A stretch of 64,000 nucleotides of DNA from a virus (Duplodnaviria > Caudoviricetes), in IMG/VR virus record IMGVR_UViG_3300017909_003066, positions 45,043 to 109,042 of that record. One strand, given 5' to 3'. A model generated the notes under the pieces. That model worked only from the letters and a program-made list of their open reading frames with translations, was not told the DNA's origin and searched no databases. Below, in pieces: positions 38,441-48,561 of the stretch; position 1 is the first letter of the stretch, and every line of letters starts with the position of its first letter. A program made the translations under genes and the position numbers.

Positions 38441-38629
38441 TCATAAAGACATTGATCCAACAGGCTTACAAATATATTCTACTGTGTCCCAATCACCATC
38501 TGATGGTATTGTTTCATACACTTTTAACATATCTGTACATTCTACTTTGGATTCAAACCATTGTACGTCTTGTTCAAGGCAGGTCGAGCCTAAACAAACT
38601 GTAAGTAAAATGTGCCAAATAACTTCCAT
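38441..38629 (-). CDS. 62 aa Cys-containing protein inside the tmRNA intervening segment
   Basis: AAGGA RBS right after the tmRNA CCA; stop codon ends 1 nt before G1; 4 Cys. Confidence 0.7.
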   Translation of the reverse strand: MEVIWHILLTVCLGSTCLEQDVQWFESKVECTDMLKVYETIPSDGDWDTVEYICKPVGSMSL

Positions 38630-38642
38630 TTCAATGTCCTTA

Positions 38643-38707
38643 TGGTGGACCTGCCCGGTACTGCCCCGGGGTCCTGTCTAGTGTTTGAATTGCTTCAACG
38701 TTACAAC
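38643..38707 (-). ncRNA. ssrA: tmRNA acceptor piece
   Basis: T arm CCCGG-GGCAGTA-CCGGG, then CAGGTCC-A-CCA pairing with GGGCCTG (G3.U70); 5' end approximate. Confidence 0.85.
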
Positions 38708-38709
38708 TA

Positions 38710-38740
38710 TATTTATATACTCACTTTTTGCTTTTGTCAA
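38710..38740 (-). promoter_or_regulatory. Composite sigma70/late promoter for tmRNA
   Basis: TTGACA-N17-TATAAA, with a full TATAAATA. Confidence 0.65.
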
Positions 38741-38784
38741 GAGAAAAATGCTAACTAATGTCCAAACATTTAACCAGGAGTTTT

Positions 38785-38979
38785 ATGACCGATGATAGAT
38801 CAGTTGATGCAACTTATGAAAATGAAGGTAGTACTGTAACTATTTCTTTAAAGGAATATGACAAACTACGCGATAAACAAAAATATATCACAGATAAAAG
38901 TCTTATATCAGTAATAGATAAAATAGAAGAACTAGTAAGAGCCTTACGAAAACATATTGTAAGAACAGATATTGAATAA
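38785..38979 (+). CDS. Hypothetical protein (start MTDD)
   Basis: AGGAG RBS. Confidence 0.6.
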   Translation: MTDDRSVDATYENEGSTVTISLKEYDKLRDKQKYITDKSLISVIDKIEELVRALRKHIVRTDIE

Positions 38980-38987
38980 GGAGAATT

Positions 38988-39191
38988 ATGACACGTATGA
39001 GAACTTTCACCTTTTATGATGGTGACCAAGTCGAAACAAAAGAAGCAACAAGTTACAAAAAAGCAGTACGATCCTATCAAAGTAGTGCAAAGAACAAGAT
39101 AGTTAGGGTAGAATGGGAAGCCAAAAAAGGCGGAACATATGAAATACAACAAAAACTACCTATGGGTAGAAGTAAAAAAATAGGAAAATAA
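38988..39191 (+). CDS. Small basic hypothetical protein
   Basis: AAGGAG RBS. Confidence 0.65.
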   Translation: MTRMRTFTFYDGDQVETKEATSYKKAVRSYQSSAKNKIVRVEWEAKKGGTYEIQQKLPMGRSKKIGK

Positions 39192-39192
39192 T

Positions 39193-39339
39193 ATGGCAAA
39201 GATACATCAATCATATACTGCTCACGTGTCAAAACCTAAAAAGACTAGTCAGTCAAGTAAAAAGAAATCTTGCAAGTTTAGTTCTATGAACAAACACAAA
39301 AAAAGATCACATAAGTTTTATAATAGTCAGGGGAGATAA
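39193..39339 (+). CDS. Small very basic protein (KKTSQ...MNKHKKRS..FY..QGR)
   Basis: 48 aa ORF read by hand, coupled to its neighbours. Confidence 0.65.
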   Translation: MAKIHQSYTAHVSKPKKTSQSSKKKSCKFSSMNKHKKRSHKFYNSQGR

Positions 39340-39521
39340 TGGCAGGAAAAAAATCAAAAGGTCCTAAATCAGTACAAAATAAAAGAATGTACAATGGCGA
39401 AGAAGTACGCCCTTGTAGATACTATTCTGAGAAAGTAAAAGGACTTATGGTTGGTTTAGATGGTAATGGTGAAATAATCCGAGATAAAAACGGAAATCCA
39501 AAACCTTTTCAGAGTATCTAA
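39339..39521 (+). CDS. Small basic hypothetical protein
   Basis: TAATG overlap. Confidence 0.6.
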   Translation: MAGKKSKGPKSVQNKRMYNGEEVRPCRYYSEKVKGLMVGLDGNGEIIRDKNGNPKPFQSI

Positions 39522-39805
39522 CCAGCGAAACAGTTTTCACTACCAGCGGCTACACTTGTACATCCGCTGATGCTATCGCCTATTCTTCCACAACCTTTTC
39601 CATTGATAAACACAGTTGTCGATCCTACTGCTATTGATGCCGCATGTGACGGACACGGTGCCGGCGGTAACTTGTGAGTTGTATTAACATCACCCTGTCT
39701 TGAAATCCCAATACCGTTGGCAAATACATTACCACTTCCTACTGCCCTAGTCATTCCTGAACAGTGTGGAACATCTGCATCGCCTATTCTAGTGATTGCC
39801 GGCAT
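39518..39805 (-). CDS. PAAR-repeat spike-tip protein (gp5.4-like)
   Basis: MPAITRIGD, GS.NVFANG, RIGD, H/C zinc ligands. Confidence 0.9.
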   Translation of the reverse strand: MPAITRIGDADVPHCSGMTRAVGSGNVFANGIGISRQGDVNTTHKLPPAPCPSHAASIAVGSTTVFINGKGCGRIGDSISGCTSVAAGSENCFAG

Positions 39806-39992
39806 TTTCTTTCTCCATCAATTGTTGTAGCCTACCTGGCCACTTTTCTATTTCATCATGTTGTTCTTCTGTGTGAGGTTCTGGCGGAATCTCTGGTAGA
39901 AACTTTATCACATGATCAAATACAGTAGGAACATCTTCCCACTGATTAACAGTGACTTTTTTTCCGTTGACTAGAAAAACAAATTCATGCAT
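39789..39992 (-). CDS. Conserved phage protein adjacent to PAAR
   Basis: FDHVIKFLPEIPPEPHTEEQH. Confidence 0.7.
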   Translation of the reverse strand: MHEFVFLVNGKKVTVNQWEDVPTVFDHVIKFLPEIPPEPHTEEQHDEIEKWPGRLQQLMEKENAGNH

Positions 39993-40000
39993 ACAAGTAT

Positions 40001-40312
40001 TTATTTTACTTGTAGATTTGGTGGAGCAGTTACTATGCTAGATGTTTGTGATTGATATACTTCAGCAAACTGTTTAATAGTTTTAGTAACCATTATAATG
40101 TTTGATTGTTTAAATGTAAAAGTTTTATCAGGATCTGCTGTAAACAAGAACTGTTGTAATCCTAATCCCTTTGGACCCATTACAAGAGTCAAAGGAGTTT
40201 TTACCTTTATTACATTTTCGTTTTCTTCTTTAAGTTTTGCAACTAGTTCTTCACCAGTTGATAGTTTGATTGTGATTGTATCACCTTCTTTGTATTGTGC
40301 TTCTATTAACAT
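40001..40312 (-). CDS. Sm-like-fold hypothetical protein (start MLIEA)
   Basis: TIKLSTGEELVAK beta-rich pattern. Confidence 0.6.
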   Translation of the reverse strand: MLIEAQYKEGDTITIKLSTGEELVAKLKEENENVIKVKTPLTLVMGPKGLGLQQFLFTADPDKTFTFKQSNIIMVTKTIKQFAEVYQSQTSSIVTAPPNLQVK

Positions 40313-40313
40313 A

Positions 40314-40568
40314 TTATCCCATCGAGTGTCCAGTACCATTGAACCCTGTATCATCAATGTACTTTTCAAATTCTTGGTATCCGCCTACAGGTTTTCCATA
40401 AATTTTTATTTGTGGAAAAGTTCTTGCAGTTGGAAATTCTTCCATTACTGCTTCACGGTCAAAGTCTACACCAAGTTGTTTATACGTAAAATCCCAACCT
40501 CTAGTTTCGCATAGCCTTTTTGCTTTATCGCAAAATGGACACATTGGTTTTCCCCATATTTCTATCAT
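40314..40568 (-). CDS. Glutaredoxin
   Basis: CPFC, RTFPQI, GGY. Confidence 0.92.
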   Translation of the reverse strand: MIEIWGKPMCPFCDKAKRLCETRGWDFTYKQLGVDFDREAVMEEFPTARTFPQIKIYGKPVGGYQEFEKYIDDTGFNGTGHSMG

Positions 40569-41710
40569 AATTTAAAGTCCTTAAAAGTATCTTTACTTAT
40601 ATCTTGTTTTACTCCACCAATTAGATATGATTCCACTTCTGTTTCTTGTGGAGCAACTTGTAGTCCAGCACTTGATAACCAATGTTGCGTCCATGGTAGA
40701 GGATTAGTAGAAAGTGGTCGATCATAAATTGTATTCAACCCAAGTGCTTTTAGTCTTTTGTTTGCTATAAATTCAACATAAGCATGAAGTAGATTTGAGT
40801 TAAGTCCAATCATACTACCATCTTTAAAAAGGTAATCTGCCCAACGTTTCTCTTCGTCAACACATTCTTTCCAAAGTTCATAAACTTCTGCTTCACAATC
40901 TTTTGCAACTTTGGCCATTTCAGGATCATCATTGCCTCTTGCCCAATGTTTAAGGATATGTGTAGATAAGTTTAAGTGTGTTGCTTCATCTCGAGCAATA
41001 AGTGAAATAATTTTTGCTGAACCTTCCATAAGTTTTAGTTCACCAAATGCAAACGTACATGCAAATGAAACATAAAAACGTAAACCTTCAAGAATGTTTA
41101 CAGTCATCATTGCTTTGTATAATGCTTTTTTCACATCATACATAGTGCCTTTTTTATGTTGGAAATAATTATTTGCAACTTCATTAAATTCATCATAGTG
41201 TTTTGTAACACTAATTGCACGTTCAATAATTTTGTCGTCATCTAAGATAGTATCAAATACTTCACTAGGATTTGCATATACATTTTTAACAATATGTGTA
41301 TAAGAACGTGAGTGAATAGTTTCAAAGAAATCCCAAGCAATAATACATCCTTCTAATTCTGGATTAGAACAATACGGAAGGAAACTTAAACATGGACCGC
41401 GACCTTGTACACTATCTAACAGTGTTTGATATTTCAAGTTTGATGTAAAAATATGTTTTTGTTCATCTCTAAGTTCTTGATAATCACCTCTGTCTTTTTG
41501 TAGTGATACTTCTTCAGGACGCCAAAAGTATCCAAGCATAGTTTGATTTAGTTTATCAAACTCTGGATATCTAAATACGTCATAACGTTGTGTGTTTTGA
41601 TCTGCTCCAAAGAACATGTGTTCTTTAGTGAAATCGATCTTGTCTCTGTTGAATACAGTTTTGCTTGCCATTTTATTTTTTGTTTCCTTCTTCCTAGTAC
41701 TTTTGCTCAT
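40565..41710 (-). CDS. nrdB: Ribonucleotide reductase class Ia beta subunit
   Basis: FWRPEEV, QTLLDSVQGR, ETIHSRSY, EGLRFYVSF, DEATH. Confidence 0.97.
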   Translation of the reverse strand: MSKSTRKKETKNKMASKTVFNRDKIDFTKEHMFFGADQNTQRYDVFRYPEFDKLNQTMLGYFWRPEEVSLQKDRGDYQELRDEQKHIFTSNLKYQTLLDSVQGRGPCLSFLPYCSNPELEGCIIAWDFFETIHSRSYTHIVKNVYANPSEVFDTILDDDKIIERAISVTKHYDEFNEVANNYFQHKKGTMYDVKKALYKAMMTVNILEGLRFYVSFACTFAFGELKLMEGSAKIISLIARDEATHLNLSTHILKHWARGNDDPEMAKVAKDCEAEVYELWKECVDEEKRWADYLFKDGSMIGLNSNLLHAYVEFIANKRLKALGLNTIYDRPLSTNPLPWTQHWLSSAGLQVAPQETEVESYLIGGVKQDISKDTFKDFKL

Positions 41711-41716
41711 AAACTC

Positions 41717-44113
41717 CTATATCGCACAGGCATCACAGTGTTCATCATCTTCAGTTTCTGTTACTGTGTCCCCGTTTGTATGACCGTTCACTCCATTAAC
41801 GTGTCCGTTAACTGTATCTGCAACAGTAACATCTTGTGCTACTTTGTCAACAGTATTATTCTCCAAAGCAGGTTCTTTATCCTCATCTCCTTTGAAGTCA
41901 TACGTGTTTTGATAGTAACTTGTTTTCCAACCTAATTTATAAGTTGTAAGCATGTCCTTCATCATAACACTTAAAGGTACTTCGTTGTTTTCGTATTGCA
42001 ACGGGTTGTAACTCCAGTTACCACTAATTGCTTGATCAAAAAACTTTTGCATTACAGCGACGATATTTATATATCCTTCGTTGCCTTGCATGTCCCATAA
42101 AAGGGTATAAAAATTCTTTAAACGCGAATACTCTGGAACAATCTGCTTAAGAGGCCCTTTTTTGCTTTTCTTAACGGACAAGTATCCTCTAGGTGGCTCA
42201 ATACCGTTTGTGGCATTCGACACAACGGAACTGCTCTCTGAAGGCATCTGTGCGGACAATGTGCTGTGCCGTAAACCGTGTACTTTGATGTCCTTGCGAA
42301 GAGTAGTCCAATCATGGTTTAATTTCTTTCCTGCTATTTCATCAACATCATGCTTGTAAGTGTCGATAGGTAAAATGCCGTCTGAATATTTAGTGCGATT
42401 AAAGTAATCACACGCACCCTTTTCTTTAGCAATATTATTACTTGCTTTCAATAAAAAGTATTGAAAACTTTCAGTTAAGTCATGTACAAGTTTCCATGCT
42501 TCTTTGTCGGCATACTTGACTTTGTGTTTTGCTAGATAATGTGCTAGGCCAATATAGCCAATACCTAATGAGCGTCGAGCCTTGGTAGATATTTCTGCCG
42601 CTTTTACAGGATAACCTTGATACTCAATTATTTCCTCTAATGCTCGAACTGACAAATCACACAGTTCTTCAAGTTCTAAATTTTCTTTGTTAAGTGTTAA
42701 TGCACCAACGTTAATTGCAGAAAGAATACATAGTGCAATTTCACCATTTTCATCATCAATGTGTTGAATTGGTTTAGTTGGCAGTGTAATCTCTTGGCAA
42801 AGGTTACTCATATATACAGGATCCTTAAATGAACTATGACTATTTGCGTGGTCAACGTTCATGATATAGATACGTCCTGTTTCAGCACGTTCTTTTAATA
42901 ATGCTGAAAATAATTCTTGTGCATCAATTTTCTTTTTTCTAATTGATGTTTTGCGTTCATATGTTTCGTACAATTCTTTAAATTTTTCGTTGTTACCTGA
43001 ATAGAATGCTTCATATAATCCTGGTACATCATGTGGCGAGAAAAGAGTTATTTCTCTACCAGACAATAACCTTTCATACATCAATTTGTTTAACTGAATA
43101 GAGTAATCTAATTTACGTACTCTATTATCATCTGTACCTTTGTTATTTTTTAATACTAGAATATCTTCTATTTCAAAATGCCATAAAGGAAAATGCGTTG
43201 TAGCACTACCACCTCTTACACCATTTTGTGTACATGATCTAACAGTTGCTTCATAAACTTTTAGGAACGGGACAACTCCTGTGTGTGCAACTTCACCGCC
43301 TCTAATTTTTGAATTGATTGCTCTAACACGACCAGCATTTATTCCGATGCCGGCTCTCTGAGCGATGTAATAGCCGATAGCACTATTGCTACTGAATATA
43401 CTAGGAAGAGTATCGTCAACATCAACAAGAACGCAACTAGCGAACTGACGTATTGGAGTACGGACACCGGCCATAACTGGTGTTGGGATATTGATTTTAA
43501 AAAGTGAGGTCGCATCATAATATTTTTTCACGTATTGTAATCGTGTTTCCTTTGGATAGTTTGCAAATAAAGTTGCCGCAATCATCATATACATAAACTG
43601 TGGTGTTTCATATATTTGGCCTGAACTTCTATCTTGACAAAGATATTTGTCAACAACTTGTCTTAGTCCTGCGTATGTAAAATCTTCATTTCTATCATGT
43701 TTGATATAAGTGTTTAATTTTTTTAATTCTGTATCATTGTATTTTTCTTTTATCGCAGGATCATACACACCTTTTTTAATATTAAGATCAATAATTTCAT
43801 TTAACGACAAGTGATTGTAAGTTCCATAAACTTGTTTATGAAGACCATAAAGCAATAGCCTTGCCGCCGCATATTGATAATTTGGATTTTCCAACGAGAT
43901 AAGATCATTCGCACTACGGATTAAAATATTTTGTATTTCATCTGTTGTCATACCATCGTAAAATTGTAAGTCTGCATTCATCTCTATTTGTGATGCTGAT
44001 ACTCCTGAAAGTTCTTCACAGGCTTCTTCTACGACAAAATGAATCTTATCTAAATTGAGTTTTTCTTTTCTTCCGTCCCTTTTGGTAATAAGAATCTCTT
44101 TAGATGTGTTCAT
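41717..44113 (-). CDS. nrdA: Ribonucleotide reductase class Ia alpha subunit with ATP cone
   Basis: ITKRDG ATP cone, QFASCVL, SNLCQEI, C-terminal CDAC. Confidence 0.97.
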   Translation of the reverse strand: MNTSKEILITKRDGRKEKLNLDKIHFVVEEACEELSGVSASQIEMNADLQFYDGMTTDEIQNILIRSANDLISLENPNYQYAAARLLLYGLHKQVYGTYNHLSLNEIIDLNIKKGVYDPAIKEKYNDTELKKLNTYIKHDRNEDFTYAGLRQVVDKYLCQDRSSGQIYETPQFMYMMIAATLFANYPKETRLQYVKKYYDATSLFKINIPTPVMAGVRTPIRQFASCVLVDVDDTLPSIFSSNSAIGYYIAQRAGIGINAGRVRAINSKIRGGEVAHTGVVPFLKVYEATVRSCTQNGVRGGSATTHFPLWHFEIEDILVLKNNKGTDDNRVRKLDYSIQLNKLMYERLLSGREITLFSPHDVPGLYEAFYSGNNEKFKELYETYERKTSIRKKKIDAQELFSALLKERAETGRIYIMNVDHANSHSSFKDPVYMSNLCQEITLPTKPIQHIDDENGEIALCILSAINVGALTLNKENLELEELCDLSVRALEEIIEYQGYPVKAAEISTKARRSLGIGYIGLAHYLAKHKVKYADKEAWKLVHDLTESFQYFLLKASNNIAKEKGACDYFNRTKYSDGILPIDTYKHDVDEIAGKKLNHDWTTLRKDIKVHGLRHSTLSAQMPSESSSVVSNATNGIEPPRGYLSVKKSKKGPLKQIVPEYSRLKNFYTLLWDMQGNEGYINIVAVMQKFFDQAISGNWSYNPLQYENNEVPLSVMMKDMLTTYKLGWKTSYYQNTYDFKGDEDKEPALENNTVDKVAQDVTVADTVNGHVNGVNGHTNGDTVTETEDDEHCDACAI

Positions 44114-44171
44114 AACGTCCTTCTTCCTAATATATTATTTCTTTTCGTGTGTAGTTGAGTATTTAACTAAA

Positions 44172-44591
44172 CTATGATAATTCAACTACTTCTTGGCAAA
44201 TTATCGGGTCCAATAACTCGCCGACTAGCACCACAGCATTGTCTCTATAGTTAATAATTCTATCTTCAACTTCTACTAAATTATAGTATCTTTTCGCCGA
44301 TTGGTCTATACATATTTTTATCAAAACAGGTGTTTTGGTAAACCTTGTAGTTAACTTCAGGCTCCAACCTATCATAAGGGGTATAGCGATTGGACAATAC
44401 CGGTTTTTCTTAATTAGTTCCCAAGGCGTTGGCCATGCTTGAGAATTCCATGTAGGTAAATCACGCTCTATAGTTGTAGCATTATTCCAGAAGTCAAGTG
44501 TACGTTGAAATGGATCGTCACAATTTTCTAAAGAGTCTCTGTGTTGTCTCCATAAACTTATTCGGTCATCAACCGTAGTTTCTAAAAACAT
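44172..44591 (-). CDS. Hypothetical protein
   Basis: WPTPWELI motif; operon with upstream structural gene. Confidence 0.65.
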   Translation of the reverse strand: MFLETTVDDRISLWRQHRDSLENCDDPFQRTLDFWNNATTIERDLPTWNSQAWPTPWELIKKNRYCPIAIPLMIGWSLKLTTRFTKTPVLIKICIDQSAKRYYNLVEVEDRIINYRDNAVVLVGELLDPIICQEVVELS

Positions 44592-46243
44592 TACGCAAAG
44601 TAACTAAGACTATATGTGAGGGTTCCTACGCCGTTGCCGATTGGATTGCGATATTTGACTGCAACTGTTTCACTACCAGTAGTTGAGTCTAAATCATCTA
44701 ATGTGCATGACCATTCAATTGCTCCGTCACTGTTTCCTGTATGACTGTGACTGTCGGTTAAATTAACACTAGAATTGTTAAGTGTGATAGTTAATCTGCC
44801 TTGTCTTGTTGTGTCTGAACTTGTACCTGATTTGACAATTAGATAATCAACATAAGCAAATTTATCTTTAGTGAATGGAATCTTTAAAATTTGAGTTGGT
44901 GCATCAACTTCTGATAAAGTTTCTTTTTTAACTCTTGATCTTGTATAATGAAAACCGTCTACGTTAGGTTTAAATGGAGTACTTATTAAACCTGATTCAT
45001 TTATAAATGCATCTCTTTCAAAAAAGTCTCCTATGCTTTCACATAAAGGAGTATCAAATTTAATAACACTAGTTTGCGGAGCATTTTGACCATTACTGTT
45101 ATTAGCAACATCTAAGAAATTATTTCCTGTTGATGTATGTCCCCATGGTGTTGTGTTGTTTGGTGCGTGAACGGCAATGCCAAAATCATCTATTTTATCA
45201 AAGTTATTGTTTTTTATAATATAGTGTCTTGGTCCTTGTGATTGACTACCGCTACCTGAACTTGTTCTTGCTAGGTCAATACCAACATGTCCAAATGTAA
45301 ACACTGATTCAGATATTGTTACACCATGTGTATCGTAAATGCTGTAAATGTGTACACTGTTTTTTGTAAAATGACATTTACTAATTACAATATTTTCACT
45401 TGTTAATGCACCTAAGCCTCTAATATCAATACCTACTTGATTAACATCTAAACCTTGTAGTGATACCCACTTACCTTCAAATTTACAATCATTAATTACA
45501 CTTTCAGTTGTGTTGTCTAAATATAGTTGTGGTGCATATACTCCTACTGAACTATTTGTTTTGAAACTTAATCCTGATAGTAATATATGTTTTGGCCTTG
45601 CAATACTTCCCATGTTTGCAAATTTAATATAATTACCCGGTGTGCTATCTCCACCAACAGTTTGGAAAATTGCTTTTGCAGTTGGAGTATTCTCTTGTGG
45701 GTCAGGAAACATTTCAATCACAGTACTATCTGGACCGTCGCCGACTAAATTTGCATATGGCGGAATGTAAATTGTTTTAATTACTTTGTAAGTTCCTGCT
45801 TCAATTTTTAAAGTTCTTCTTGATTTTGCATCAAACTTATCACTTGAATTAAGAAATATTTGATCTATTGCTCTTTGAAGTGCATCAGAATCATCTGTAA
45901 CACCATCACCAACTGCTCCAAATGATTTAATAGAAACAATATCATCTAATCTTTTTTGTATTGTTCTTTTAATAGGATCATTTGCAAACTCTCCAGTCTG
46001 TACAGTTGCACCAGTATTACCTTTAAATTCATATTGATCTAAAAGATCAAATATATTTGTTTTTGTAGTAAGAATTTCTGTGTTACCCACAGCAGGTGCA
46101 CCTTCATTTACACTTCCATTACCTATATATAATTTCTGTGTATCTACTGCCCACCCTAATTCAGCACTCGCTAGTTGTGGAATACCTGTAGTAGTTTCTT
46201 TACCTCTACGATGCTGTATTTTAGATATTTGTACGACTGCCAC
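44591..46243 (-). CDS. Virion protein with pectate-lyase-like beta-helix (tail/baseplate)
   Basis: MAVVQISKIQHRRG..LPQL...ELGW, FGAVGDGVTDD..A.Q.AI; TAAATA upstream. Confidence 0.75.
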   Translation of the reverse strand: MAVVQISKIQHRRGKETTTGIPQLASAELGWAVDTQKLYIGNGSVNEGAPAVGNTEILTTKTNIFDLLDQYEFKGNTGATVQTGEFANDPIKRTIQKRLDDIVSIKSFGAVGDGVTDDSDALQRAIDQIFLNSSDKFDAKSRRTLKIEAGTYKVIKTIYIPPYANLVGDGPDSTVIEMFPDPQENTPTAKAIFQTVGGDSTPGNYIKFANMGSIARPKHILLSGLSFKTNSSVGVYAPQLYLDNTTESVINDCKFEGKWVSLQGLDVNQVGIDIRGLGALTSENIVISKCHFTKNSVHIYSIYDTHGVTISESVFTFGHVGIDLARTSSGSGSQSQGPRHYIIKNNNFDKIDDFGIAVHAPNNTTPWGHTSTGNNFLDVANNSNGQNAPQTSVIKFDTPLCESIGDFFERDAFINESGLISTPFKPNVDGFHYTRSRVKKETLSEVDAPTQILKIPFTKDKFAYVDYLIVKSGTSSDTTRQGRLTITLNNSSVNLTDSHSHTGNSDGAIEWSCTLDDLDSTTGSETVAVKYRNPIGNGVGTLTYSLSYFA

Positions 46244-46276
46244 GTTTATCTCCTAATCATTAACAGTATTTATTAT

Positions 46277-46969
46277 TTAGAAGTGATGTTTGTCGTAGTA
46301 AGTTTCAACCCTTTTCATCCATTCACTGCACCAATGCTCAAATTCGCTTGGTTGTAGGTCAAATTGTTGGTATTGTAAGTCTCTAGAACACATGAATACA
46401 TGTCCTTCGTTGATATTAGTGCCATATACTTCGTTGTGTGCCATTGCATACGCGGCCAACTGCAAATAATAATCTTCAACCCACTCTTTTTTCTTAGGTT
46501 TGTTAGTCTGTTTGAAGTCCATTATAGCAGGTTTACCTTTGTATTGTCCTACTAGATCAGTGGTACCACTGTATAAACCAGGATAATAAAGTGCTTGTTC
46601 TATTCCCCATATTTCATCTACATCTGTTAGTGCATTTGTAATAATTTGTTCTGCCATTTTATTTGCTTGAACATGTACTAAATTTTTACCTGGCATTCTT
46701 TCTTCGCCAATTAAAAATCTTTCTAGATTGTTGTGCATAGCAGTTCCTACACCTGCCGCTTCGGTTGTAATGCGTTTAGCATTTTCTTCTCCAACACGTT
46801 TCTTCCAAGCAATTAAATGTGTCATGTCTTTTGTCTTGCTTAAAATTGTAGTTACACTTGGAGTTTTAGAACCGTCGGGTGCTTCGTATAATCTTTTGCC
46901 GTCTAAATTTATTTGTTTAATTTTAACGTAATTTATTTTTTCCACATAAGGTGGTGGTGCATTTGTCAT
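46277..46969 (-). CDS. PD-(D/E)XK exonuclease (Cas4/RecB-like)
   Basis: PSVTTIL, GT.MH, E..L, GTTD, DFKQ, QLAAYA. Confidence 0.85.
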   Translation of the reverse strand: MTNAPPPYVEKINYVKIKQINLDGKRLYEAPDGSKTPSVTTILSKTKDMTHLIAWKKRVGEENAKRITTEAAGVGTAMHNNLERFLIGEERMPGKNLVHVQANKMAEQIITNALTDVDEIWGIEQALYYPGLYSGTTDLVGQYKGKPAIMDFKQTNKPKKKEWVEDYYLQLAAYAMAHNEVYGTNINEGHVFMCSRDLQYQQFDLQPSEFEHWCSEWMKRVETYYDKHHF

Positions 46970-47027
46970 TACTCTATTTCCTATAGGCTAACTGTAATTA
47001 TATAATAGTTGAGGGGTGAATGTCAAG

Positions 47028-47378
47028 TTATGAACGTTTCTTTGTTGCTCGTTTTGCCATCTTTTCTACATTATCTGTAGGAGATGAATCAACATTGTCC
47101 AAAGTTCCGTCAGTATCTTTTTGAATTTCTGTGTTTAAAACAACACCATCTTGGTCAAAGTTCTTTACAGTTGCTTGTAAATCTGGACTTTGATCAAACA
47201 CACTTTTGAATATTCCGTAATCAAAAGAACCATGTCCTGATGCTTTCATCAAGTTTGTAATTGCATTGTAAGAAAGTTCTGCAGGACTATTAGATTGATT
47301 AGCACGTTGTATTTGGTTTCTAAAAAGTAATACCAAATCTTGTTCTAGTTCATTTCCTGCTAATTCAAACAGTCTCAT
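47028..47378 (-). CDS. Late hypothetical protein
   Basis: MRLFEL N-terminus; operon with 47388. Confidence 0.7.
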   Translation of the reverse strand: MRLFELAGNELEQDLVLLFRNQIQRANQSNSPAELSYNAITNLMKASGHGSFDYGIFKSVFDQSPDLQATVKNFDQDGVVLNTEIQKDTDGTLDNVDSSPTDNVEKMAKRATKKRS

Positions 47379-47387
47379 GTCGACTCC

Positions 47388-48533
47388 TTAAGAAGCCAGT
47401 GTCTTTAAAATATTGTTTGACTCTGTAACTGTTTTTTGCTTGGGTTGATAACTTTCACGCTTTTCTCTACCTTCTTCTTCTTCTCCTCCGGTAGCAGGTT
47501 CTGATGCACCAAACTCATCTGTTGGCTCTTCTGCAGGATCAATTGGGTCCACAGGTTCTGAAATATCACCTTCTGGGTCATCACCAATAGTATCTACTGG
47601 TCCACCTTCTCCTGTAATTATGCCAACACCTTGTGTTAATGCTTCACGTGATGTTGTTAAAACTTCTTGTGTTTGTTCTAATGCTGGTTTAATAGTTGCA
47701 ACAAATGCCTCTGACTTTTCAATTCCCATTTCGTCTCTAATAGAATCTGCAAGTTCTAACATTCCTTCTGCACCCATTTCAGCAACGTCTTCTAAAAATG
47801 CAGTAAATCTATCTACCATATCTTTAGCCGCCATAACTAATTCAGCACTTTCTTCTGCACCTTCATTAACAACTTTGCTTTCGCCTACTGCTTCTGGCAT
47901 TCCACGTTTAAGTGCTTTTAATCTTTGTACGCCTTGCATGTTTAAGAATGGTTCCATCATTGCCTGCATAGCATCTCTGAATCCTTCTATTTGTTGTTTG
48001 TTTAAAGGTTTGCCTTGTAGAATTTTTTCAATAGCCATTCTTGCCATATTTGCTTGACTTGGATCATCCATTACTGCTCTTAAGGCTGTCATCACTTTTG
48101 AATCTGTTTTAACATTTTTGTCTGCGTTAGGATCTACATCTGTTTCAGGTCCTGGATTATCATCTGTATTATCATTTGGATTTGCTTCTGCAAAATCTCT
48201 TTGTACATCAGCATCATCATCACCAACTTCAATAACGTCTTCGCCTAAGTCTTCATCGTCTGCTACTTCTAGGGGATTATCAATGTATTGATTAATAGCA
48301 GATTCAACTATTTTGCTTATTAGTAATGTTTTTTGATATTCATCATTACCTAATGATTCATTAAAGTTGTTTTTTACTTCGAATTCTTTTAATTTATTTT
48401 GTATTTTTGTACTATACGATTCTAACTGTTCTTTGCTGTATTTTGCAATATCAACAGTTACACCGTATTTGTTACGTAGATCCTTCTGAAGTGTTTCTAC
48501 TGTAACTTCTTTCATAAAATCAGATGTTTTCAT
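47388..48533 (-). CDS. Acidic late protein (scaffold/head-internal-like)
   Basis: MKTSDFMKE, acidic linkers, TAAATA at 48563-48568. Confidence 0.6.
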   Translation of the reverse strand: MKTSDFMKEVTVETLQKDLRNKYGVTVDIAKYSKEQLESYSTKIQNKLKEFEVKNNFNESLGNDEYQKTLLISKIVESAINQYIDNPLEVADDEDLGEDVIEVGDDDADVQRDFAEANPNDNTDDNPGPETDVDPNADKNVKTDSKVMTALRAVMDDPSQANMARMAIEKILQGKPLNKQQIEGFRDAMQAMMEPFLNMQGVQRLKALKRGMPEAVGESKVVNEGAEESAELVMAAKDMVDRFTAFLEDVAEMGAEGMLELADSIRDEMGIEKSEAFVATIKPALEQTQEVLTTSREALTQGVGIITGEGGPVDTIGDDPEGDISEPVDPIDPAEEPTDEFGASEPATGGEEEEGREKRESYQPKQKTVTESNNILKTLAS

Positions 48534-48561
48534 TTGTTATATCCCCTAACGTTATATAGTG

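Noticed and set aside
38643-38680. Stand-alone tRNA fragment or integration (att) site
   Set aside because: Better explained as the acceptor piece of the permuted tmRNA, since it pairs with 38433-38439 including G3.U70; no integrase nearby
40565-44113. Introns or inteins in nrdA/nrdB
   Set aside because: Both ORFs are continuous and of normal length
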